Assembly (NCBI GenBank): GCA_964016885.1
Contig: OZ024742.1
Location: 97,154,001 to 97,218,000, forward strand
DNA: 64,000 nucleotides
Reading direction: 5' to 3'
Origin: Eledone cirrhosa
Lineage: Eukaryota
This document shows positions 52,283-64,000 of the stretch, piece after piece (within the stretch, counting starts at the first letter, position 1; each line of letters begins with the position of its first letter). A program made the position numbers and the translations under genes. The notes below the pieces were generated by a model, which was given only the letters and a program-made list of their open reading frames with translations, did not search any database and was not told the DNA's origin.

Positions 52283-52829
52283 TAAGAGCGATAGTGTTTT
52301 TTGTGCGTATGGGTGGGCCTCATTGTGTAACTGTGTGTATGTATGTGTGTGTGCTGTGTGTGAGTTTCTTGTAACTTCATAACAGATGATTGGAGTATAA
52401 TATACCAACTTATATATAAACACAAAAACACACACAATTTCTCAAGCTTTTACATATATATGACAATATGTGTATGCGTAGATATTTGCTAGTATGTTTA
52501 TAACCACACCTCCCCACAAACATTCTGTGCAACAGATTTGGCTTAGTAGTTAGGAAGTTTACTTTACAATCAGGGAGTCTCGGGTTCAATTTCACTGCAT
52601 ATCATCTTGAGCAAATTACATTTACCATATCGCAAGATTACCGAAAGCTTTTAGTGAAATTGAGCCGGTGGATATATGTCAACCTTTCAGATATACTGTA
52701 CCGTTTAATTCAAATGGTCTTTCCTTGTTACACATCGTCTTATGTTGATTTTGCCTGAGAATATCATTTTCTTTATTTTACTTTCGGAGGTACTTTTTTC
52801 TATTTTGAGTGATAGACTCAATCCATTAT

Positions 52830-53300
52830 ATGGTTCAACGCCATCACATGTCAAACGCCGCCACATGTTCCAACTCCCTCACCAGTTTTAAGGCGAACAC
52901 CTCCTTCAATGCCAACACTTGCTTCAACACCCCCGTCTGGTCTCATCATACTACCTGTCTTGACCTGGTCCGACGTCACATCCTGTTCTCTACTACCACT
53001 TGTTTCAACATTTACGCCTGGTTCAACACCACCACATGTTCACCCACTACTACCTGGTTCATTGTACCACCTTGTCAAGCGTCATCACTTGCTTCAATGT
53101 TACCATCTGTTTCAATATCACCACTTCGTTCAACACCATTTCCTAGTCCAATGCCAACATCTGACTCAAAGCCATCTCCTAGTCCAGCACCACCACGTTG
53201 ACTAACACCAGCACCTGGCCCAATGACACCACCTCGAGCAACACCAAACACCACCACCTGCCCCTCCACCCCCCCTGGCCCAACACCAGCACCCGATCCT
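52830..53300. repeat. Degenerate ~18-bp minisatellite
   Basis: Recurring cctggttcaacaccaccac-like units. Confidence 0.6.
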
Positions 53301-55742
53301 TGAATGCCTTTTGGCAGAGCAGATCTCTGATGTAAGGATAACATCACCACTTTCTCACTTTACTCTCGGAGACACTAAAAAATGTATTGCGCATTTCTTT
53401 TTCAGACTGGCTAAGCCATAAAATCTCAAGAATATACCCCTTGCGCCCATAAATGAACCTTGAGTCTAAAGAATTTGTTTTTGGTCACTGTATGTGTTGT
53501 ATGAAGTCGAAATGGCACCGTAACTTTGGGCATAGACTGTCCCTCACCAGGTTTGAACATGGCCCATTTCTTTCAGAAAAGGAGAGTGAATGGTAGCGCG
53601 GAAGTGATATAGAAGACGACCGACTTCAGTACTGGTTTATATCTTTTTATTGACTTCAAAAGGAGGAAAGGCAAATTCTTTGATCACTAGCTAATGTTTC
53701 TAAATCTTCTATTATTTATTTTTAATTTAACTGTTTCTGTTATTTTATTTATTCAATATGTAAATTTCATGTACCCAAACAAATATAAATAGCAAATAAA
53801 TGTATTTATAATGCATAGTTCATAGCCCTGTTTTCTTTTTCTTAACAATTACTCTTTAAATCTCATAAGATGACTGGGTTAATATACCATTGGCTTACCA
53901 TTTTTATACTTGAAAGAAGAAAGGACCAATCACCGGCATAGCTGTGTGATTAAGGTGCTCAGAATGCAAACACGTGCTTTCAGTTTCAGTCCCCCTGGGT
54001 GGCACCTCAAGTAATTTTTTTCTAGTACAGAGTCTGTACTAGAAGACACATCTTGCGACTAAAACTGTGTACACTGCGACTCTGAAGAAGCCTATTGTAT
54101 ATGTTTGTATGTATGTTTGTTTATTGGTTAACTGTTTGTAATGTCCTGTAACGTGGCTACTACAGAACGAAATCTATAAAATAAGTAACTGACTTGAAAG
54201 AACAAGTATAAGGGTGGATATGATTGACTAAATTACTTCAAGGTGGTGTCCCAGCATGGCTACAGTCTAACGAGTGAAACAAGTAAAGGAGTAAAGGCAT
54301 ATTTTATTTTCTCTATTACGATTCAGATATTTTTATGCCGAATTTTAAATAACAGCCTTAATCTTCTTGCTTCTCATAGAATGTTTCAATCACCTTCATT
54401 GATGTACCTACCTTAGTAGAGGCCTTCTATATCAATGAAATGATCAATGTAGCAGCCAGATCTCCCTCTACTAATACCTTGCAATATTTTGTAAAACAAC
54501 TGAACTCATATATCAGTCTATAACTTTGTGCTTGAATGAAGACCGGCTGATCCTCTTTTTGAATTCATTTCGAAGCATCTAGGGTTTTACGGACATCTTT
54601 TACTTTATTTATGTGACTTTCATCGTAAAGTCTCCCTATATTTTACTATATAGAGTCGTCTTGACTTGTGCTGCAAGAGCTGGTGCACCGGAGTCTGTAT
54701 GCATCGAAATATTTGTAATATGGAGATAGCTGTAAAAGGGGTATTCCCATGTTTTTTTATTGTCTGTCCTCAGATTTTAAATTATATGGTTCGTGTTGGG
54801 AAGAACATCCAGCCATAGAACCATGCCATACAAAGGGTTAAGATGACACTACAGTTTGGTTCAAAGACATATCAATTTCCCCGGTGTTGGTTCTATGCTA
54901 TAATTCACCCTGTACACTCTGTGACTGATTGGGGTGAAGAAAGAGCATTTAGTTGTAGAAAGCTATGCCAAAACTAGAACGGATGCAAAAAAAAAGATGT
55001 GACCATCGGTCTGTCTGGAGGTGGGCATTAGCTCCGATTACGTACTGACGTTGTCAATAATGGTCCTTCCAACTTATGCTAGTATGTAAAAATACAGACG
55101 TAAAATGATGATGATGTATACACGTTTTTGTTTCGACTATTAATATTCAGATATTTTTGCTTCACAGAATTTTTTTAATAACCACACAGGGTTTCTATCA
55201 AAATAGTTAATATGACATTTATGAGCATGTTTTTCTCGATATATGATACAAGAACCTGTTACATTTGAAATATGCCACCTATGAGACCACAATGTTTTAA
55301 ATTTAAAAAATTTATAAACTTTTCAATTTGATCTACGAGAAAATTTGCAATGTCATTCGTTTTCATATGATTTCAAAGATGATTGGCCAATTTTCTCAGC
55401 AGTTTTTTTTCAGTTTTACTACCACTGAACGAGAGAAGATATATTTGCTAAAGACCCACGCAATTGAGCTGAAGTTTATTATATATAATTTTTTTATTGC
55501 TGAAAGAACCTTGATTAATAGCCACATGCACGGTGTGTGTGTGGTTAAAAAGTTCACTTTGTAACGCTATGGTTTTCAGTTCATTCCCCCTGCCTGGCAA
55601 ATTTGTCAAGTGCCATTTTCTGTAAACTTGCATGGAACAATGGCTAATCATTGACACTTTCTGGCTGGAGGCTGTTTGGAAAACTATCATATATATAAAG
55701 AAATGTCAACTAGGAAAAACACACAAGATGTAATTAAGAAGT

Positions 55743-55924
55743 AATTGTTTCTACTTTTTGCATAAGGCCAGCAATTATCCCAGTACATTACTGGTACTTT
55801 ATTATATCGACCCCATAACAATGAAAGGCAAAGTTAACCTCAGTGGGATTTGAATTCAGACCATAAAGGGCCGTAACCCTATGCTGCAAAGCATGGCGTC
55901 CGACCCTACCAATTCATCGCCCTT
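55743..55924 (-). mobile_element. tRNA-derived SINE
   Basis: Matches SINE consensus; further partial copies at ~27815, 32990, 49490, 59970, 60175. Confidence 0.85.
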
Positions 55925-56228
55925 GTAATAAAAAATAATATCAGTAATTTGACATTTCGGACGCTAGTCATTCATCGGAAGTTAGAAAAAGAAAGGAGAG
56001 CAGTTTGACATGAAGAAATGTTGAACGAGACTACACAATTAGAGAGTAATCAAAGAGAAAATAAGTATCGATGGAGGTGAGATACTTTGTGGTTGGGGTG
56101 TACGTATTATTTATCTGCTCTGGGTGGCCAGTATGTAAATTTGACAGCTCTGCGATGACAGGCGACAGACTAAGTGTGTGTGTGAGTATTTATGCATAAA
56201 TTTATCTATCTATCTATCCATCTCTCTC

Positions 56229-56317
<89 letters not shown>

Positions 56318-56389
56318 CATAAATCATGTCTATAGAATTATTAGATAAATAAAATATATATCATTTCCTCTGCCAATCAGCATAATTAA

Positions 56390-56433
<44 letters not shown>

Positions 56434-59400
56434 AGGAGGATCACGTGTATGTGTATATTCTTGCATGTGTGCATACCTGTATATATATCTGTATCTATGT
56501 GAGGAAAGTTATATCGTACACCAATAGTCTATGCTATTTTATTTCTGTTCATTTCGTTCTGTGTTCATGTATTTTAGTTGAAAGAAATTTGACGCAAAGC
56601 TTTGACATGAATACTTTTAGTGTAATTCAGTATTCACCTATTCAAATAAATACACAGACTGCAGTGTATACATTATATATATATATATATATATTTCGCT
56701 TGACAAAAACTTATCTTGACAAAACCGCCTTTTCCAAATGGCTGTCTAGTTAAAACAAGATACCAAGAAAAAGACTCGTGTGTGTGGAAGGTGTATTTCT
56801 GTGCATGTGCGTACAACTACACACACTTGCATATTTTTGTCGACATGCAGTTTTATAAATATATGGGGTTCGTTTGTGTATAAATTAATATTTGCCTATA
56901 TACCTACCGATTTATTAAATCGTGAGATTAAAAACTTTTCTCTCTCTCTCTCTCTCTTTCTCATATGCACACAGGCACACAGACACACACACACTCACAC
57001 TCTTACCTATCCTTTTGCGGCTTTAACATAATAAATAAATAGAAGGATGGGTGTTTAAAACATTGAAAGAATGCAGTGGTCTAATCAAAATAGCCAACGT
57101 AAAATTCTGGAAAGATGTAAGCCGTATATACAAAATGTAACAAAACCCTCCGAAATATGTAACTATGAAAAAATATATTTATGAAACTCAATAAATCTGT
57201 TGACTCTTTAAATGTCAGTCAAAATCTTTTAATAAATGCAGGCATTTCAGAAATTCTTTTCTGATTAACTCATTCATGGTCATATTTCTGATGGAATACA
57301 TTGCCTATGTATTTTAATTAATTTTGAAAATTACCAAAGTTTTCGAAGAATTTAGTAGAATTTCTTGGTATTTGAAACATATATTTACAAGTTCTTACAT
57401 AAAACTATGATGGAAGGTTTTAATATAAATATAGATGATTTAACATTTTTCAAACTAAACCGTATGAAACTGTCCATGGTTCTATGATGTAAAGCTGTTT
57501 ATTATAAAGTTTATTTATTTATTCAATCTAATCGTCTATATAGAGATAGTATGCCATGACAGACTGTGAAATTTATCTAATACTTTTACAGATAAGTAAC
57601 AAAAAATGAAGGACTGAGCGAGAGAATCGAAGGCAAAGGAATAAAATACAAGAAAAAGGTTGCAAATCAAGAACAACTATAAAGTAGTTATATGATTTTC
57701 GCGTAGAACTTTTCGTAGCCACTATTTACTGGAACATCTTGCATATGGTTGGTAGATCCTACTAAATATATTGCACCTCTAATCTTGGTAATTTTCTAAA
57801 GACCAGCTTCTTTCTCTCAGACTGGTAGTTAATACATAGGAAAAAATAGTGGCATAAAGATCCTGGATAGTCTCCACGAGAACATTGTTTATTTATCTAA
57901 GGTCCTCTGTTATGTTATGTTCCAAACACAAGTTTAATGTAAAAATTAGTTATATTACTAAATCTTTCAAAATTATTTATTATTTTCAAAATTATTTCAA
58001 AATTATAGACTTTCGTTGGAAATATGATAAGGTAAGGGGTAAAATAAGCGGTTTTATACAATAAAATCAGGGATGTTCTCCAGCAGCTTTGTATCAAAAG
58101 TATTAATTGGGAACACGCTGACCAAGGCTTTAACTAATCTAAGGGAGGTAAAGTATTTCAAGTAAATAAAAGCTGACACCTCGATACAATGGCATGTTGT
58201 GACCTTGAACAAGTCACTTTATTTCCAGTTACTCCAATCTACGCAACTCGGAAAAATTAGTTGTACCTGTCATTCAAATGTCCAGTTATGTTACACAGAG
58301 TGTCAAACTGAATCACTATGGGTACTTCATTAAAAAGGGGAATGTGTGTTTAGAGTGCTCAAACAATTGAGCTTTAATTTCAAGATCAGGCTATTCCGTT
58401 GATAAAGCAACTGGCACACTCATTGTTGAAACAGACGGACGTTCAAAAACATTTGTTAATGCAAGCACAACCGGACATGGGTATCATTTCACGTTTCACA
58501 ATTGGACCTAAGGTCACGCCTGGTTGTCCATCTTGCGGTAACCATAGTATAATATATTTTCCAGTGGTAAGAAATGCGACGTTGGGAAGTGTTAATATTG
58601 ACCATAATTATTTTAAGATGAAACATACAATTGATGCGATCACACACATGCACACTAACACACACGCAAGGGCACACACGTGCATTGCAGTTAATGCTGG
58701 CATGAACCACGTTCAGCTCTCAGTACGATAATTTGATCCCAAGTTCCGATTATTCTTGTTTATTCTTAATTGCCTTAGTCAAAATTCGGCGAAAGCTTAT
58801 ATTTCTACTTTATTTCAAACTTCGATCGCTTTTCAAAGCAAATTTAATGTCTTTATATCCTTACTACGTGTACAGCTTCTAATTTAAGCGGAGTGGAAGG
58901 GGTGGTGTATTGGTCTGGATAAACAACAAGTGGGTTTGACTCCTATGTACGCCAATACTCATCCTTTACATTCCGAGGATTTTTTTAAATCCCCACAGTC
59001 AGACTAATTTCTTTAGTTAAAATATGGTGCAAGCTTATACTCCTACTTTATTACAACAGTAGAGCAAGAGACCATTACATAATGCTATGGAAGTGAAACG
59101 ATGTTGAACCTGATTACACTGGTCCCTCTCCCTCTCTATCTCTCTCTTTTTCTCTCTCAATAGTAAAACAAACGCCTCAGAAACAAACAAAAATATCTCC
59201 AACAAAACCGAGAAATATTAAAACATGTTGTTGATCCTTCGATAATCCACGCAATTTAGAATGGAATGAACTTCCGTCAGTTTCGGCGATGAGTGTCCCC
59301 ATTGTGCTGTCAATGTAACCACCCACTCGTTAAATTAAGTTGCAGCTAAGTGGGCATACTAGACATATTTACTTATAACGTAATTCCCGGGGATATTTAA

Positions 59401-61528
59401 CGTTATAATGTATGACGAAGCTGGCATTTTGAATTCATGTACAAGCCATCTTGTATTATAATGTACGTGACTGAGCATTCCACAGATGCGTGTGTCCTTA
59501 TAATTATTCTCATGTAGATTCCATCTAACACAGTGTGTAACATAGTTGGCCATTTGAGATTTATGAACAATCCATCTGAAGGGCTTTGAAACAGAAACCA
59601 TCATCCCAATTTCATTCACAAAGCTAGGGTCAACAACAAGCTATAGACCCTTGCAATTTTGAAACGAACTTCTTAACCAATTGACCATGCTGCGTCCATA
59701 GTTATCTAATTTATAGTGGCAAGATTTACATAAGCTTTATCTTTATCAACATTATTACGTTACCTCTTCTGGCTTTGTTCGTGTTTTTAAAATATCCAAT
59801 ATCATCTGTGGAGGTTGTTTTAAGAAACATAATTACGGCCATATATTACGGTCGAAGTTGATTGCTTGGCCTAGCATAGGTTCCAAGTCAAATGGAATTC
59901 TTTTCATTTACATTTGAATACGAACATCTACACACAGATATCTATATATATGTGTGTAAACATAATAATTGGTGGTGAATTGGCATATTCATTAGAACGT
60001 TATAAAGGATGCTTTGCAGTATTCGTTCTGGCTCTCTAAGTTCAAAGCCCACAAAGATCAATTATAGTGCTGAGGTTGATTCTTCCTCTATATCTCTTTC
60101 TTACATAATTGTTTTCTTATTTTCTTTCTCTGCCCAACACCCACCCTCTCTATCTCCCTCTCTTGATCTCAGAATAATAATTGTTTCTACTTTTGGCACA
60201 AGGCCAGCAATGTCCCAGTACATTGCTGGTACTTTATTTTATCGACCTCGTAAGGCTGAAAGGCAAAGGAATAATAATAATAATAATTCCGATGAGGACA
60301 GGTTAAAATTTCCAAAATCACACAAAGAGACCGAAATAGAGAGCTATGTAGTTTATTACAAAACAAGGTTTTTTTACCATAGAAGCGACTGTTTTGTCAT
60401 CAGAAAAAGCGTTTGGCTGAAAATCATATCCTAAGAAATGCCGTCCAGCTCTGACAGGATACAAAAGTGTGAACATAAAAACGATGTATCTGATGATGGG
60501 AGTAATGAAATCAGTTTATTTAAATGACTCTCAGTAGTAAAAAAATGGGAAAAGTCTCAAAATACGTTTTGTAATTCTGGTGTAAGCACATCAGTAATAT
60601 ATTAGTACTGTTATCGGCGTTTACTGAGGGTGTATTGAACTGGCTCCAACCTGTGTCTTCAGAGTATCGCAAACAGAGGACGGTCATACACGGCTATCAG
60701 TGACGCCTCGGCGGATATACTGTCAGCCAGATACAACTCCAACGGTGAACAACATATATGTGATGAGATCAGTTCTTTGCACAAAATCGGACTTCATTGT
60801 GGCAATCTACCTTTTTGCTGGTCACCTCCTCATTTGCCGCATCTCAGGAGGTGCGACTGCATCACAGATCAGTTCATCTCGTGGCCGATTTCGTGTAGGA
60901 GGTATTGTAAGAAATCGATCCGGCAGCGAGAATGAATTTTGCAGTGTAGCGTAGCGTAAAGGTATTGCACAACAGAATAACGGATGAATTAAAGTTGACG
61001 TGTTTGGTGAGGAAATGCCGAAAGACAGGTTAATATATATCAATAATTTAACCCCACCCCAACCAGTAACATAAATTAGCCTGCTTTGCGTATTTTCCTT
61101 ACTACTTCCTGCAACTTAAATTCCTTCGTCATGTAATCGCTTACAACCAAAGCAACTAGATTGTCCAATAGAAGATGAAAAAAAAAAAAAAGAATAATTC
61201 AAAATTTTTATCCACCATTCTCCCTGATGTCTCATGACATTGAAAGGAGTAAATCTTGCCATAAACCACTGCTATAAACTTTTTCTGTCACCTATAGAAT
61301 CGTATGTTAACGAGTGATTAGTAAACCACAGAAGACAGCAGCAAATACTGGCAAATCCTAGTGCCATTCTCAACAAACATACATCTTTCTCGTTCACGCC
61401 ATCAGAGGTTGTAATAGCATAGCTTTGACAATTGAAGATATTATCAGCTTTCTACACTAACATCGATAAATCATCAAAATTGATATATTTTTTTAATAAA
61501 ATTACGTTATTATTATTATTATTATTAC

Positions 61529-61582
<54 letters not shown>

Positions 61583-61724
61583 CATCATCATCATCATCAT
61601 TAGAGAATGATATCTGAGATAGGTATAAATTGGTAAGATAATCTCCATACAAGAATAGCTGTTTGAGAGCCAAGCTATTCAGATGAGAAGCTAGTTTGGT
61701 AGTTTATGAAGGTGAGGCTTGCTG

Positions 61725-61769
<45 letters not shown>

Positions 61770-62052
61770 TATCTGTATATATATATGTGTGTGTGTATAT
61801 ATATGTGTGTGTGTGTGTGTATATATGTATATATGTGTGAGGTGTGTGTGCGTGTGTGTGGTGTGTATGTGTGTGTGTGCGTGTGCGCATGTCCTTGGGA
61901 TAATACCTTCATTTGGTAAACTCTCTATCGCCTGCCTGAGTCACAATGATTTACAATAAGAGAAGACCAGAAGAAATGTCGCACAAATATTCAAAGAAAA
62001 TGATTAAATTTTGCTTTCCTTTCATATTTTTATTTTTTGTACGTTTTAGGTT

Positions 62053-62119
<67 letters not shown>

Positions 62120-62447
62120 GTATGTATATATTATAGTTTCTAGTGTGAGTATCGAGGTGGGGTGAACAAGAGTAGGGGTTTAGGACTTCTCACTAACAAT
62201 TTATTTCTGAATATATCATCATTCTTATTCTATAGTTTATAGGTTAGTAAAAAACATTTTACAGCAGAATTTGTTTGAAACGCAAAGAATATTTGATATT
62301 TATGTATTTCTACATTCATTCATATGTATTTTGTTAGCAGTTCTCCCTCTTCCACATTTTTTATCTCTCACACACAAATGTATATACCTGTGTATACATA
62401 CCTATATCTATCAGTCTATCTATCTATATCATAGTCTCTCTCTCTTG

Positions 62448-62502
<55 letters not shown>

Positions 62503-62800
62503 TATATATGTATGTGTGTCTGTGTGTCTGTGTGTCTGTGTGTGCGCGTGTGTGTGTGTGTGTGTGTGTGTTTCTGTATTTACACACACAGTAATATATA
62601 TATTTAGACAAACTCTCATGGCCACACATGTATATATGCATCCAATACTACTGCGTAGTAGAGACATATCTGACTGACTAGGTGTTGGCGTCTTCGTATA
62701 TTAGTGTGTGTCTTTGTCAACTTCAGAGACCATTAACAGGAGGCATTTTAAAGAAATAAGGGGGGTGTTCATAAAGGGATGTGATTATTATTATTATTGA

Positions 62801-63180
62801 GGCCGGTGGATTGGCAGAATCGGTATAGGGTTGGACACGATGTTTTGTGACATAGAGTTACGGCCCTTTATGATCTGAGTTCAAATCCCGCCGATGTTAA
62901 CTTTGCCTTTCATCCTTACGGGTTCAATAAAATAAAGTACCAGTCACCCACTGGGGTCGATTTATTCGACTTTCCCCACTCCCAAAATTGCTGGCCTTGT
63001 GCCTATATAAGAGACCATTCGCCATGCTTTCCACCATAGTTACGTCCCTTTACGATCTGAGTTCAAATCCGGCCGAGGTTAACTTTGCCTTTCATCCTTA
63101 CGGGGTCGATAAAATAAAGTATCAGTAATGCTCTGGGTAATTGCTGGCCTTGTGCCTAAAGTAGAAACAATTATTATTAT
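62801..63180 (+). mobile_element. Two tandem SINE copies (62801-63015 long variant; 63020-63180 5'-truncated short variant)
   Basis: A box tggcagaatcgg, B box gagttcaaatcc, body gcctttcatccttacgggg..gataaaataaagtacc, (ATT)n tail. Confidence 0.88.
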
Positions 63181-63729
63181 TAATGTTATTCAAATTTCAG
63201 AATAGTTTTGACAGTATGTCATAACATTATTTAAAGACGATATTATGGTTGTATAATTTTAATCGTACTAATTAGTGATATAATGGTGTAGACATTTCTT
63301 GCAAGTCTGCAACATTTATAATTCAGAAGTTGACAGTGTAATATCATCACTATCATCTCATTTATGTATGATATTACGGTTACTCAATATTGCAGTTTAG
63401 ATAACCATTGTAGTAAACAGAAGAACCGAACTTATATCACACAGTGGAAACAGAAATGTTTCCATAAAATATTATCATAGCTAATATGATTAATAGTTGA
63501 GTAACAAAAAAAATCTACCAAATTATAGAGATGAACAGGGGTATGTCATAGGCAGGTGAGGACTGGCCATACGGACATATATAGAATGCCAGATGGGTTG
63601 ATGAGTTATGAAAAGTACGTATGCACACATATATAGCAGCTGCAAAAATCTCACGCAAATCGCATAGCCGCTGTGCAAGGATTCAAACGAAAATCGAATG
63701 ACCATTAGTTGGTTTTCAACATTCTGTTA

Positions 63730-64000
63730 GCCTGTGTCACCTTCATGTTCAGGCCGGATTTAAGATACCTTCCGCTCCCACTTTGTCCTTAAGACGACAA
63801 TCCTGACCCTCTTCCGCCGCCTTCAGTCGGATCCATCTATGTTCACGTCCCACTCTTCCTCTCTTTCTAACGTACACACAACATTAAGAACATGTTTCTT
63901 CTGAAGTTCTCTCCCAATTTACAACACTTCTCTTGGATCCGGTCCCCACTTCCGACCCAACTGTTACATATGCAGCTTCATTGGCCCAAACGGTTGCCTG
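63730..64000 (-). pseudogene. Probable RTE-clade LINE 3' fragment
   Basis: Minus strand resembles the decayed RTE C-terminus pattern (W.GHV.R...R.P..VL.W...TW...VR...R..W); heavily mutated. Confidence 0.4.

Noticed and set aside
52809-53350. Gly/Pro-rich ORFs resembling a structural protein
   Set aside because: Explained by a degenerate 18-bp minisatellite; frames are short and interrupted
55945-55985. Minus-strand CCGATGA-atgactagcgtcc-GAAA hammerhead-like motif (similar weak cases at 21883 and 60289)
   Set aside because: Core is non-canonical or incomplete and stems I/III could not be formed; not counted as ribozymes

Overview
AT-rich, repeat-saturated animal (eukaryotic) DNA with no recognisable intact host gene. 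The microsatellite and SINE landscape resembles a coleoid cephalopod such as octopus (inference only). It contains decayed LINEs of four clades: RTE, CRE-like, a near full-length R4/Dong-like RLE element and a long L1/Tx1-like element. It also holds Tigger/pogo and hAT transposase remnants, many copies of a tRNA-derived SINE, and a 3.2 kb 48-bp polypyrimidine minisatellite. The most striking signal is a dozen or so distinct families of short elements embedded in (TA)n tracts, mostly arranged as fold-back inverted repeats. Many carry a type I hammerhead ribozyme (HHR) motif (CUGANGA...GAAA-N-palindromic loop-N-UH with closing stem I). Several are physically linked to GIY-YIG endonuclease remnants, which identifies them as Penelope-like retroelement (PLE) ends. 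The set includes a tandem 430-440 bp HHR array resembling a retrozyme, and HHRs with unusually long domain II inserts. A second recurrent pattern is Tx1-like 3' ends sitting tail-to-tail on the (AAT)n tails of Dong-like elements. All structures were read by eye, so coordinates of degraded elements are approximate.
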